This document shows positions 12,631-24,990 of a stretch of 64,000 nucleotides of DNA, one piece after another. The stretch comes from Octopus sinensis (taxonomy: Eukaryota). The number at the start of each line of letters is the position of its first letter. The stretch's first letter is position 1. The stretch spans positions 135,780,001 to 135,844,000 of the forward strand of contig NC_043000.1 in assembly GCF_006345805.1 (NCBI RefSeq), in the 5' to 3' direction. A program made the position numbers and the translations under genes. The notes below the pieces were generated by a model. That model searched no databases, was not told the DNA's origin, and saw nothing but the letters and a program-made list of their open reading frames with translations.

Positions 12631-14956
12631 ACAACAATATGGCCCGACACCAACAAGCTTCAAGAGAGCTTCTCTCTCTCGCTCTCTCTCTCTGTCCCTC
12701 TCCTCGAAATGCATTTGTCAACTGACGTCATATGAAATATTTAAATAACCTACTTTATTAAAAGATTATTTCCGTGTTAAAGCATGAGAATTTATAACTC
12801 CACGATTTGGTATTGAGAATTTTGGCAAAATCGAAAGGAAAAATTATTTATGCTGCGTATTATTTATGCAAAATTGCATTGAATTTAGAAGAGCTTGCAA
12901 AACTTCTGAGTAACTCAGTCAGTTTCTGTGTGGGGCGGAGCATCTCTGATGCTTATTTCCTTTGATGTTATAAAGTTTTATCTAAAATGAAAAATTTTCT
13001 GCACTGATTTTGATACATTCACAATTCTTTCTAAGAGGCTGAGAAACGTCTTATATAACCGACTTTTCAGATCCAGAATTTATTTATCTAAATTATTCAG
13101 TAGCAACCTGAAATGGGTTACCGATAACATCAAATACTCTGAACTCCTTCATTATATTGTTTCTTATTTGCAATAGATTTATTCCGAAATATTTTAAGAT
13201 TATAAAACAACTTCAGTATAGTAATACACTATCTTTATTTCTGTTTCCATTCTTCGATATGTTTGGTATTGTTCAAATTTTTTACAAGCGTTCATCTGGG
13301 TTTTATCAAATATTACTTTCAACGTCTGAATCCTAACCGTTTAGCAGTAGTAAAAATGCTTTTAAAACTTTTATCATGTACGTTGTTTTTCATTTATAGG
13401 GAATTAAAGTCAATAATATGTATTTAGAAATGTATGACTAATCTCAGTAGAATATATTTTATTCTACTAATATATATAATATAATCTAAAGAAAATGGAT
13501 ACCTCTTCATTCAATATATGAAGCAGAGTCATGAAGATTTTATACTTAAAGTTACAGTGTGTACTTTACATATTTTTAAAGATATATCTTTGCCCCTCAC
13601 TTGCACATCGATGCTTTACAGCACAGTGATTGGGGACGAATGGGCCAATAAAAAAAGAGGACTTTACATAGAAATACAGCTTATAAATAAGTCAAAATGT
13701 CAAAATCGAAATTATCAGCAATGTATCTAGTCACAGCGTAGTGACATAAGAGAAGAAAACGAACCATTATTAAGAAGAATTACGAGAACTGCCTTTGCAT
13801 CGTAGTAACATTATCACAATATCAGTTCTGTTTTCTTCCAAATATTCCTCATAAAACAAGTTCTTTAATGATTCAGATATGTCTCTGTTGTTAATATTTG
13901 TGATATAAAATGGATAACTTCTAAACAAAATGTTTTCTGAAATGACAATAATCTCAAAGAATTATAATCTTCAGTAACTACTAGGCTATGGGTCTTCTGT
14001 AATACCTCATGTCCTTTAATTTTTGAGCAGAAGAATGCGCCTTTTCGAATGTGTATGTTTATTTTTTGCTGGGTATAATTCAAATCATTTTTGGCATTCT
14101 TTGTTGTCTTTTTCTCGCTGAATGTCCCAATTAAAGACTAAAACCTTCGTAACTGGAAGTCAAATGTTGCTTATTTATACCTGCCACTACAAACAAATAT
14201 CTAAATAACATTCACCCCTAGAATATCCATACTACATTCGTTTTGAAGAATGAACAACTGAAGATTGACTTAAGGGAACATAAAATGGTTAGTATGGTAT
14301 CACATGCTTCGAGGTATGTTGCTATTTAGTAGAAGGAAAGAGGAGGAAAATGAATTAGGAAAATATTTGTCACGCAATATCCTATTATATTTAGGATAGG
14401 TACATATGTTAGATAAATGCACAGCGTATTGCCTATATTTAGGAAAAATTTGTCCGGCTGGCTTACAAACAGAGCTTAACTTCTGGTGCATTACCGGCTC
14501 AATTACCGGCTCTGTTTCCCTTACCGTTCGTACATTTACCCATGCAAAATGTACTTTATTCTCTTGAATAAGAACACATTGGATAATATTCATCCTCAGT
14601 TGAACGTGGATGGTCTGTTAGAACAGATTATGCTGAAGTAGATACCATGAGAGATACCATCGGACATTTGGGTATAGCCGGCAAATAATTGGTGCTATTT
14701 TATATCAGACCCATATAAGATTTCGTGTAAAGAGTTGGCGCACGACATGTGAAATGTTTCCTGGTAAAGATGAAAGTGCAAAGAACATAGCAGCGTGACT
14801 TGTTGGTGTGCAATGGGTGCTAGGTAAATGAAGACTTAAATAACAGTAAGAATGAGGAGGAAAATAGGAAAATTTCATAAGCCATAATAAAAAGGAAGTT
14901 AAATAAGGCAGGGTTTCGGTAGAAGTAAAATAAACAAAAGGAAAGAAGAAACCGGA

Positions 14957-15076
14957 ATAGTTACAGCACCTAGGTTTCCCAAGCGGTCACCCATCTAAGT
15001 ACTAACTAGGCTCGATGTTGCTTAACTTCGGTGATCGGACGAGAACCGGTGCTTTCAACGTGATATGGCCGTAAGC
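14957..15076 (-). rRNA. 5S: 5S rRNA copy 1 (type A; altered 3' end)
   Basis: Minus strand GCTTACGGCCATATCACGTTGAAAGCACCGGTTCTCGTCCGATCACCGAAGTTAAGC...GTTAGTACTTAGATGGGTGACCGCTTGGGAAACCTAGGTGCTGTAAC. Internal box A/IE/box C are present. Confidence 0.93.
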
Positions 15077-15426
15077 ATCAAAGTGGTAAATTTTACTATA
15101 TTTATTCTACAAACTGATACTAAAACTTCTTATTGTAGAACAAGTTTTACATTTTTTTACATTCGTTAACAACACATTATTTAACATATATTACACTCAT
15201 TTTTCATTTTTCTGACTGAGTCCTAAACGACATATCAACAACGCGAGATGTGACATGTTTCTGGTACAAATCAACGTGTAAGGAACGTAGATTCCTGACT
15301 TGCTGGTGTATAATGTGTTCTAGGTAACTAAAAACTCAAATGACCGTAACAATGAGATGGAAAATAGGAGAATTTCCTAAAACTTAATAAAAACGAAGTT
15401 AAATTATGCAGAGTTTCGGTAGTAGT

Positions 15427-15438
15427 AAAAAAGAAAAA
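15427..15438 (-). terminator. Pol III oligo-dT terminator downstream of 5S copy 2
   Basis: Plus strand aaaaaagaaaaa reads TTTTTCTTTTTT on the minus strand, a few nt after the 5S 3' end. Equivalent runs follow the other copies. Confidence 0.75.
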
Positions 15439-15442
15439 GGGA

Positions 15443-15562
15443 TTGCTTACAGCACCTAGGTTTCCGAAGCGGTCACCCATCTAAGTACTAACTAGGCTCG
15501 ATGTTGCTTAACTTCGGTGATCGGACGAGAACCGGTGCTTTTAACGTGATATGGTCGTAAAG
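15443..15562 (-). rRNA. 5S: 5S rRNA copy 2 (type B variant, possibly a pseudogene)
   Basis: Same body as copy 1. The 5' end CTTTACGACC weakens helix I, there is a GCTTCGGAAA substitution, and a T-run terminator follows. Confidence 0.85.
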
Positions 15563-15946
15563 AGCCAAGCGGTAAATTTTAATATATTTATTCTATAAAC
15601 TGATACTAAAACTTCTTATTTTAGAATAAGGTTATCCTCTTTAAAATTCATTTTTTTTTACATTCGTTAACAGCACATAATTTAACGTATATTACACTTT
15701 TATATTTTCATTTTTTTGACCGAGTCCTAAACGACAGATTAACAACGCGAGATGTGAAATGTTTCTGGTACAGATCAACGTGTAAAGAACGTAGTTGCCT
15801 GACTTGCTGGTGTATAATGTGTTCTAGGTAACTAAAAACTCAAATGACCATAACAATGAGAAGGAAAATAGGAAAATTTCATGAGTCGTAATAAAAACGA
15901 AGTTAAATTAGGCAGAGTTTCGGTAGTAGTAAAAAAGAAAAAGGGA

Positions 15947-16066
15947 TTGCTTACAGCACCTAGGTTTCCCAAGCGGTCACCCATCTAAGTACTAACTAGG
16001 CTCGATGTTGCTTAACTTCGGTGATCGGACGAGAACCGGTGCTTTTAACGTGATATGGCCGTAAGC
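15947..16066 (-). rRNA. 5S: 5S rRNA copy 3 (type A)
   Basis: 5' GCTTACGGC pairs with 3' GCTGTAAGC. Followed by AATCCCTTTTTCTTTTTT (Pol III terminator), with an AT-rich TATA-like box about 20-30 nt upstream. Confidence 0.93.
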
Positions 16067-16653
16067 ATCAAAGTGGTAAATTTTAATATATTTATTCTAG
16101 AAACTGATACAAAACTTCTTATTGTAGAACAAGTTTTTCATTTTTTTACATTCGTTAACAACACATTATTTAACATATATTACACTTTTTTTTCATTTTT
16201 CTGACCGAGTCCTAAACGAGAGATTAACGACGTGAGATGTGAAATGTTTCTGGAACAGATCAACGTGTAAGGAACGTTGTAGTATCAGTATAAACTGATA
16301 CTAAAACTTCTTATTTTAGAATAAGGTTATCCTCTTTAAAATTCATTTTTTTTTACATTCGTTAACAGCACATAATTTAACGTATATTACACTTTTATAT
16401 TTTCATTTTTTTGACCGAGTCCTAAACGACAGATTAACAACGCGAGATGTGAAATGTTTCTGGTACAGATCAACGTGTAAAGAACGTAGTTGCCTGATTT
16501 GCTGGTGTATAATGTGTTCTAGGTAACTAAAAACTCAAATGACCCTAACAATGAGATGGAAAATAGGAAAATTCATAAGCCGTAATAAAAATGAATTTAA
16601 ATTAGGCAGAGTTTATCTTGTAGTAAAAAAATAAATTAAGAAAGAAAAGGTGA

Positions 16654-16773
16654 ATGCTTACAGCACCTAGGTTTCCCAAGCGGTCACCCATCTAAGTACT
16701 AACTAGGCTCGATGTTGCTTAACTTCGGTGATCGGACGAGAACCGGTGCTTTTAACGTGATATGGTCGTAAAG
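16654..16773 (-). rRNA. 5S: 5S rRNA copy 4 (type B variant)
   Basis: 5' CTTTACGACC and the same upstream flank as copy 2 (plus strand agagccaagc). T-run downstream. Confidence 0.85.
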
Positions 16774-17154
16774 AGCCAAGCCGTAAATTTTAATATATTT
16801 ATTCTAGAAACTGATACTAAAATTTCTTTTTGTAGAACAAGTTTATCCTCCTTAAAATTTATATTTTTTTACATTCGCTAACAACACATAATTTAACATA
16901 TATTACACTTTTCTTTTCAATTATCTGACCGAGTCCTAAACGAGATATCAACAACGAGAGATGTGAAATGTTTCTGGTACAGATCAACATGTAAGGAACG
17001 TAGTTGCCTGACTTGCTGGTGTATAATGTGTTCTAGGTAACTAAAAACTCAAATGACCCTAACAATGAGATGGAAAATAGGAAAATTTCATGAGTCGTAA
17101 TAAAAACGAAGTTAAATTAGGCAGAGTTTCGTTAGTAGTAAAAAAAAAAAAGGA

Positions 17155-17167
17155 ATGCTTTCAGCAT
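17155..17167 (-). pseudogene. 5S: Truncated fifth 5S copy (only ~10 nt of the 3' end)
   Basis: A full spacer and terminator lead to atgctttcagca (compare atgcttacagca in copy 4), then unrelated sequence begins. Confidence 0.65.
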
Positions 17168-18093
17168 CCTTACACTGGGTTTTAGGTATAAAATACACTC
17201 TCGTTTATATCGCTGGCAAAGATATAACCCCCCTTCCCCGGCAACACCCACACTGAGACCACCAGCCCACGTGATTCCGACCATGCTTGGTCTTATCTGT
17301 GATGGAAACTCAACCATAGATATAGCAGCGACTCATCTCCCCACACAAAAATATATACAAAACAGTGCAAGAACATGCGCTGCTGTAGAGAGTAGCCAGC
17401 CCTGTTCATGCTAAACAGGTCAAAGGATAGAAACCTGACTAATATGGACCACCTCTACCTAGAGTTAAAAATGGGTTTCCGTTAGGATAACAGCTTTACT
17501 TTGAAAAGAAGTCAAAGTTACAGAATTATTGGCAACAATTCAAAAGGAATAAGAGATGGAAGAGGGCAACTTTCTGTTAAGGAAACGTATGCCATGTCAA
17601 ACCCTGACCTGAAACGCACAAGGAAGTCGAAGAGAGAACATTTTGAAAATAATTGTTGGCAGGGTAGTAATGCAGAGCTGAAGGAGCGGCGATTCAACTA
17701 GAGAAAAGCAGAAAAGCCAGTCGCGAGACGAGAAAAGGGATGAAAAGTTGTCGATGGTATATGCTCCATTAGAAGCGCGTGTACAACGGCGAATGATGTA
17801 AGCATAGTCGAGAAAATCAATAAAATAGTGCTAATCAAACAAAAATATATTGTGGTTATTGTTTCTCCAGCGCGGCACTGGCATTTTTTCAGTCTCACTG
17901 TTGAAGATGCCATATAGTAGGGTTTAGATTTTGGAAACGTATAAGCAACCGTATTGCTCTTCGTAAAATGACATATAAATGGAATTAAGGAGAAAAATAA
18001 CCAATAGTTGGTTAAAACTATTTACAAAGAATTATCCTGAGCGTCAGGCATAGAACATACCAAGCAGCACAATATCTGAAAGCGTGTTTAATG

Positions 18094-18897
18094 TACTAGG
18101 TGCATTCCAGAAGTTTTGAGACTTTTTTGAGAGGTGGTTGTAAATTTTCTAGACTTTTGTAATTTTCGTATATCATTAATATATATCTTACAAGCTGACC
18201 TGCCAACATTTTTTATTACCAATTGTAGGAGACGGCTGTAACAACATTTTGAACATGCTCTGCTAAACACTGCTTGTCGGAGCTAACTAGTTTACAGAAC
18301 GAAGCTCGCGGTGTAATAAAGTTTTGTTAAACTGAGTGTAAACGCTCCAATAACTTACGAAATACTCCAGACTAATTATGGATTAACTTGTATGAGCCGA
18401 TCATCAGTTTCTTGCTTGTACCAGAGGTTTCAATTTGGTTGAGAAGAGGTGAGAGACAATGAGATGTTTTATGAGGAGAGAGAGACGTCAGAGCAGGTTG
18501 AGAAAATTCGCAATTTTTTGTGTGAAGACCGTCGTATGTTTATAAAGACAATAAGCACACAATTTAGAGTTGGCATAGTAACTGCGCACAGAATTATACA
18601 TGAAGATCTCGACACACCCAAAATTTGTGAAAAAGGTTGTTCGTAGAGTGCTCAGACGAACGGACGGAAAGACGCGTTTGGTGAAAGCAGAGCACTGGTT
18701 GGGCTCATTACCTTCAATACAAGAGTATTTGAGTCTCTGGTGACCTGTGACGAAAGCTTTCACGAAACAGCTGGAGCACTACAACAAGTGCATTGAAATC
18801 AGAGGATCTTACTTCCAAAGTGAAAAGAGTTTTGCATTTGTTTGGAATTAATATCTCTCCTGAGAATGTCTTAAGTGTTATGGTAAGCTCCTTGTGT
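18094..18897 (+). mobile_element. Decayed, internally deleted mariner transposon
   Basis: Conceptual translation across stops gives the HTH region (VIKFC...YGLTCMSRSSV...RF...EEVRDNE), LVTCDES (first catalytic D) and C-terminal KCIEIRGSYF. Degenerate TIRs at both ends. Confidence 0.8.
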
Positions 18898-19516
18898 ATG
18901 TATGTATGCATGTATGTATATATGTATGTATTATTGCTTATACTCTTTAAAGATGTTATTAATAGAGATGTGATTTGGCAAGCCATGCATCGATAATTAC
19001 ATAACCAGCTGCAAAAGCTTATTGTTTTCGACGTCAAACTGTATTATAACAGTTAAAGATTCGCCGAAGGTAGCACAGAGTTAACAAACTAATCACATTT
19101 GCAGTTACAAACATAGGTCTAGCAAACAATGGCAGCATAAAATACATTGGACTTCATATCACGTGATTGCCGAACAGTTTTGTATGCGATAGTAAGAATA
19201 TATTTATGAGTGTTAGACATTAGAGAACGAAGTGTAGCGATGAAGATGCCCATCAGTTGAAAAGAAAATGGTGGTCACCATGGTATATTTCTATAAAACA
19301 GTTTCATTTGCAGGTCTCATTCAAGTTGTTTATTTGTAGATTTGAAACACAATTCTTTTATTTCCCGAAACAGTATGTAAACTCTTTTAGAATATCTTAC
19401 CTTAAAATAGTTCTCTGTGGATTTCATTTTCATGATGTGGCATATTACTAAGAAAAGAAAGATAAATAGAATAATAGATAACTGGATATACGTGTGTATA
19501 TGCGCGTGTGTAAGAG

Positions 19517-19576
<60 letters not shown>

Positions 19577-19732
19577 CAAATATTACATACATACGTATGT
19601 ATATATGTGTAGATATATATATAAACATTATATATACATGTATGTATATGCGTATGTATGTATGTATGTATGTATGTATGTATGTATGTATGTATGTATG
19701 TATGTATGTATCTATGTATGTATGTATGTATA

Positions 19733-19772
<40 letters not shown>

Positions 19773-20209
19773 GGATGTATATATATGTATATATATACAT
19801 GCGAGAGAAAGAGAATGAGAGAGAGAGAGAGAGAATAAGAGAGGGAATGAGAGAAAGGACAGAGGTCAGCGAAAAACCTGCAGAGAATTGAATATTTTCC
19901 CTGGCTGTGATGCCACAAGTTATCCATAAAGTTTTTCATTGGCTTACGGACATTGATCTGAGAAAATACGTCAAGAGAATTTTCTTCTAAATCTTGGCAA
20001 AGTCTGTAAGCAGAAGATATAGCTTCATCGGACTGGAATTTGGTATTTTTCCTACATAACAGATATCAAAGGAAGTTGCTTGTTTAGTGCCATCATCATC
20101 TCCAAATCACATGGAATGACATCAGCCTCGGGGAAAAATTTCATTGATTGCCTTGAAAATGTCAGCAAGGAAAATGGTTTAGAAGTTATTGGAGAAAGGA
20201 AATGTGGAA

Positions 20210-20222
20210 GAAAAAGAGAGTG

Positions 20223-20256
<34 letters not shown>

Positions 20257-20693
20257 AAAGAGAGAGAGAGAGAGAGAGAAAGAGCGAATGAGGGAGAGAG
20301 GCGAAAGAAAGAAAATAGTTCGGATGTTATCGATGGGAATTAGAGAAGGATGAAGGAGAAATACCGAGCGAAATACATAAAGAGAAGATTATAAAGAAAA
20401 TATTTAGAAGGAGAGTAAGAAAGAATGCGAAAGGGTTTGAGAAACTGAGAGAAAGAAGAGAAGGTGGGAAAGTAAGAAGTAGATGAAAATGGAGAGTAAA
20501 TTTGATAAGGAGGGTGTATTGAATGTTTGTCGAACTGAAGAATTTCAGAAGAAACAGGCGATGTGAGAGAAATAAATAGAAGAGAAAAACAGAGCGGTAT
20601 ACGGAAAAGGTGAGATTTTGAGAAAGAAACGGAGCGATAGATAGATAGATAGGCAAGCGTGTTGGTAGGCAGAGAGCAAAAGAGAGAGGGTAA

Positions 20694-20728
<35 letters not shown>

Positions 20729-21065
20729 GGAGGGGAGAGAGAAAGAATTACAGAGAGGTGAATAGCGAGAGAAATTGAAGCAGCTTTAAATATGCAGATA
20801 GAGAGAAAACGAAAGAGTGCATCGGTGAGAAATGGGTAAAGAGAGAGATAAAGTCGATAAATGGATAGACAGAGAGTGAAAGAGAGAGAGAGAGAGAGAG
20901 AGATACAGTGTGTCTGTTTGAGAGGGATAGAGAAAGATAGAGAAGTATATCTGAGAGAAAGAGAGAGGTACAGTAAGTGTGTGCGTGAGAGAGAGAGAGA
21001 CAGAGAGACAGAGAGAGAAATAGAGAAATGCAGTGTGTGTGAGAGAGAGATAGCGATAAATGGAC

Positions 21066-21130
<65 letters not shown>

Positions 21131-21284
21131 CACACACACATATATATATATATATATAGAGAGAGAGAAAGGTGGAGAGAAAGGAGAAAACGACACTGAA
21201 ACGTGATAGAAATAATAGCAATAGAATGAAAGAAAAACAAAATGAAATGAAAGTGAGAGCAATAGTATGTGTGTGTGTGTGTAC

Positions 21285-21317
<33 letters not shown>

Positions 21318-21365
21318 GGGGAGAGAGAGAGAGATAGAGATAGAGAGAGAGAGAGAGAGAAACGG
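20210..21365. repeat. GA/CA-rich low-complexity tract
   Basis: Direct reading. Confidence 0.85.
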
Positions 21366-21690
21366 GAAATTACGAAGAGCTGGAAAAGCAGCAGAAAGTT
21401 TTGGTTATAAGCGGATATCAACAGATAAGGGAATCGAAGTGAAAACTGGTTTGTAGGTGGGTGATGTAATTTTCGAACACGGCAGTTTGGAATACATAAC
21501 AAAAATATACGGCTAATTGCTGTTGGCTTTAGTTTTGGCAATATTTACCTCTGTGCTGCACATTCGACAAATATGTATGTATTTATAACAGAGTAAACAG
21601 GTGTAAATTAGAGCATTTATGTGTGTGTTTGTATGTTGGCATGTGTGTGTATTTATGTATACGCGTATAGGTGTGGGTAGTTTATATGTG

Positions 21691-21747
<57 letters not shown>

Positions 21748-21889
21748 ATATATTCATTCAACTTGAGGTAAAATTAATTAATTATTCAGTTTGCTGGCAC
21801 TGTTAGTTTCGAGCAGATCTTCAGAAGCGATAAGAAGCCGAAAGGGTATGCTCCACTTTCAGTGTTTTCAAATCCAAACCAAGGAGTTC

Positions 21890-21941
21890 TGAGCTGATGA
21901 TAGAAATGTCGAGTTGACTAATCTTGAAACGTACGTTCTCA
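21890..21941 (+). ncRNA. Type I hammerhead ribozyme-like motif
   Basis: tgag-CTGATGA(21894)-25 nt-GAAAC-GTAC-GTT-ctca. The core is canonical, stem I is 4 bp, stem III is the palindrome ACGTACGT and the triplet is GUU. Stem II is partly paired (aga..gtc/gac..tct). Confidence 0.72.
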
Positions 21942-22120
21942 AATAACCTTTGCATTTGATTTTTTAATGTCTTTACCCCCATACTTTCGTGAGTTGAATT
22001 GAGCAAACACTATATGAGAGAGGTTTTCTTTAAGTATTAGAAATAGTTTTTAAAAAGTTTTTTTGCTACTATTTCTAATGAGTTCATATGCGGCAAAGTA
22101 ATTTATTTACTAAGCCCTTT

Positions 22121-22241
<121 letters not shown>

Positions 22242-22327
22242 TATACAATATATATTTATGTATATATATATATGCATATGAATGTTTGAATGCATGAATA
22301 TGTAGGTATGTATATTCACACACACAT

Positions 22328-22411
<84 letters not shown>

Positions 22412-22504
22412 GGAAGCTTTATGAAAATAAACAAAAGACGAAGGCAGGTGGAAAACAAACGAACAATGTATTAGTATGGCGCTCAGGAAATATAAATAAA
22501 ACAA

Positions 22505-22543
22505 GTCTTTAACGTTTCGAGCCTACGCTCTTCAACAAAAGAT
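22505..22543 (-). ncRNA. Minimal hammerhead ribozyme in the Penelope pLTR
   Basis: Minus strand atcttttg-TTGAAGA-gc gtag gctc-GAAAC-GTT-aaagac. Short stem II, palindromic AACGTT stem III, stem I cttt/aaag. The core has C3 replaced by U. Confidence 0.8.
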
Positions 22544-22719
22544 ACACAGAGAGAGAAAAACACAGAAAGAAGGAGAAAAAATGCGTGCAGTAGCTAACGA
22601 ATCAACATGGCGATCTGATTTCGGCCAGAGGTCAAAGATCAAACATGAGACGCGAGAGCGAAATAAGGGGAGATAATAGGGTTGATAAAGGGTTGAGGGA
22701 CCAGCTAAAAGTGCGTGGG

Positions 22720-23050
22720 AGGGGTCTGGATGTGTGTATGTATAGGTTGGTGTATGTATTAGTATGTATAGGGGGTGTGTTGTGTGTGTGTGTGTGTGTA
22801 TGAGAGTATTAGTGCGTAAGATTGGTCTGGACGTGCGTATGTATGGGGTTGGTGTATGTATTAGTATGTATTAGTATGTATTAGTACGTATTGGTATGTA
22901 TAGGTGTGTGTGTGTGTGTGTGTGAGAGAGAGTATAAGTGCGTATGCGGGGTCTGGACGTGTGTATGTATAGGTTGGTGTAAGTATTAGTATGTACTAGT
23001 ATGTATTAGTACGTATTAGTATGTATTAGTTGGTGTGTGTATTAGTATGG
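22720..23050. repeat. Three ~100-bp imperfect tandem units within the Penelope 3' region
   Basis: ggtctggacgtgtgtatgtataggttggtgtatgtattagtatgta recurs at ~22722, ~22824 and ~22950. Confidence 0.8.
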
Positions 23051-23386
23051 CACATCATATGTGATGTGATGTGTAAAGTCATGTGGTGTAGTGAGGAGAA
23101 AGGGGGGGAGAGAAGGGGAGGGGAGAAGAGGGGAGGAGAAGGGGAAGAGGAGACGATGGGGGAGAAGGAAGGTGAGGAGGGGGATGAAGGAGGAAAGAGG
23201 GAGAGGGGGAGAGAGAGAAGGTAGAGGGGAGTGAGGGAGCAGGGGAAGGGGAAGGAGGTGAGGGAGAAAGAGGGAAGAAGGGAAGGGGAGTAGGGGTGAA
23301 AGGATGAAGGACTGAAGAAGTAGGGGTCGGGGGGAGAAAGGATAGGTGAGGAGGGGGAGAGGGGGGTTAGATGAGGAGGGGGGAGA

Positions 23387-24270
23387 GTTGAGACCAAATG
23401 GCGTATAAGAGAGAAGAGAGAAGATTAATTCCTGTTCACGGCGCAAACGGGAATCCGGATGGCCTCTGTGTAAGGACAAACCGAACACAGATAGGTGTTG
23501 CAAGGAGTGACCGGTGGAGCGGAAATGGCGTGAGACCGGTGTGTCGTTCGCAAGGTGGATGTCACGAAGGTGTTCCGCGAACCGGTCAGCCAAGCGGCGT
23601 CCCGTTTGTCCGATGTACAAGGAATTGCAGAGAGAGCAAGAGATGCTATAGATAATATTGCTGGAGGTGCAGGTGAAGGAGTGGATGATGGAATAGGGTC
23701 GATGGTGGGTGCTAGTGAGGCGGGTGGTGTTGGAGAGGTAAGGGCAAGTGCGGCAACGTGGGCGGGAGCAGGGGAACGAGCCGGGTTGGGAGGTAGGGTC
23801 AGGGAAGGAGCTATGGACCAAAAGGTCTCGAAGGTTGTGGGCTCGTTTGAAAGAGGGGAGGGGTCGGTTAGGGAGAGGTGTGAAGTGGACGGGTCGGACT
23901 GGAGATGACGGAAAGCTCGAAGAATGGTGCGTTGGAGACTTAGGGTCGTGGGTGGTAAGTGAGGGGAAAAGGGAGGCGGGGAGACTACAGGGCGGGTTCG
24001 GGGAGAGAGAGCAGATACACGGTCCACGGACCGTGCTCTGGCAAGGGCGGTGTGGATAGTGGTGAGGGAGTATCCACGTAGGGTGAAGTGGTGAGCCATA
24101 CGTTGAGACTGAGTCTCAAAGTCATGGTCGTCACTACAGAGACTACGTAGACGGAGGATTTGAATAGGGGATGGAAAGCTTGGTTGTGTTCTGGGTGGGA
24201 GGAAGAGAAGTTGAGGTATGAGTGTGAGTCTGTGTGTTTGTAGTGAATGGAGGTGGTAAGAGTGGAGTGA
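23387..24270 (-). pseudogene. Frameshifted Penelope ORF: RT thumb + zinc-knuckle linker + GIY-YIG endonuclease
   Basis: Three frames give TTSIHYKHTDSHSYLNFSSSHP / LRLRSLCSDDHDFETQ...FTLRGY / PCSRPRCRTC...NIIYSISCSLCNSLYIGQTGRRLADRFAEH...HF...RLRREQELIFSLLSYTPFGLN. Confidence 0.92.
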
Positions 24271-24343
24271 AGAATATATGCATATATTACGTACATACGT
24301 ATACATACATATATATATATAAATGTAATATATATGTATATAT

Positions 24344-24388
<45 letters not shown>

Positions 24389-24403
24389 AATATATGTAAA
24401 ATA

Positions 24404-24455
<52 letters not shown>

Positions 24456-24758
24456 CATACACACCCACCCACACACACACACATATATATATGTAAGTCC
24501 CAGAGATCGAAGTGTAGGAAGAAAGTCATCTGTAGAAAATATATAAAACCAACTTTCATGGACAATCGTGGTTTATTGAGACGGAAGGTTGTGGGTTAGT
24601 TTCGTATCGAAGAACAATAAGCTGAAAAAGTTCTTTTTATGTTCCAGGTGTGCAAATAAGAATAGAAGAATTACGGAATGGAGTAGGAAAGATTCAGGTT
24701 GCATGTTTCAGAGCGAGCAGAACCTCAGAAGTGGTAAAATCCAAGTGAAGTGTATACC

Positions 24759-24990
24759 TATTTCTTTACTACCCACAAGGGGCTAAGCACAGAAAGGACA
24801 AACAATGACAGACAAACGGATTAAGTCGATTATATCGACCCCAGTGCGTAACTGATACTTATTTAATCGACCACGAAAGGATGAAAGGCAAAGTCGACCT
24901 CGGCGGAATTTGAACTCAGAACGTAGCAGCAGGTGAAATAATGCTAAGCATTTCGCCCGGCGTGCTAACGTTTCTGCCAGCTCGCCGCCT
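24759..24990 (-). mobile_element. tRNA-derived SINE family A, full length, with TSD
   Basis: Head GGCGGCGAGCTGGCAGAAACGTTAGC...GAGTTCAAATTCC (A/B boxes), core GCCTTTCATCCTTTCG. TSD aagtgaagtgtatacc at 24743-24758 and 24993-25008. Confidence 0.9.

Larger units (their letters stand above)
14740..17167 (-). repeat. Tandem 5S rDNA array (~490-500-bp units, ~990-bp dimeric higher-order unit)
   Basis: Spacer motifs such as gagtcctaaacga, gatgtgaaatgtttctggtacagatcaacgtgtaa and ctaggtaactaaaaactcaaatgacc recur between 5S genes. The leftmost spacer is more diverged. Confidence 0.95.
22411..24273 (-). mobile_element. 5'-truncated Penelope-like retroelement (Neptune-type) inserted in (TA)n
   Basis: RT C-terminus/thumb, Cys-rich linker and GIY-YIG domain on the minus strand, then a long 3' region carrying a hammerhead. 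Both ends abut TA microsatellite. Confidence 0.92.

Noticed and set aside
13915-13980. Minus-strand CTGAAGA...GAAA hammerhead candidate
   Set aside because: No stem I and poorly registered stem II, compatible with chance in AT-rich DNA.
15077-15442. snRNA or tRNA gene linked within the 5S spacer, as in some invertebrates
   Set aside because: No U1/U2/U5/SL or tRNA signature is recognisable on either strand.
23398-24059. Plus-strand ORFs over the Penelope element
   Set aside because: They are antisense shadows of the GC-rich minus-strand coding sequence.
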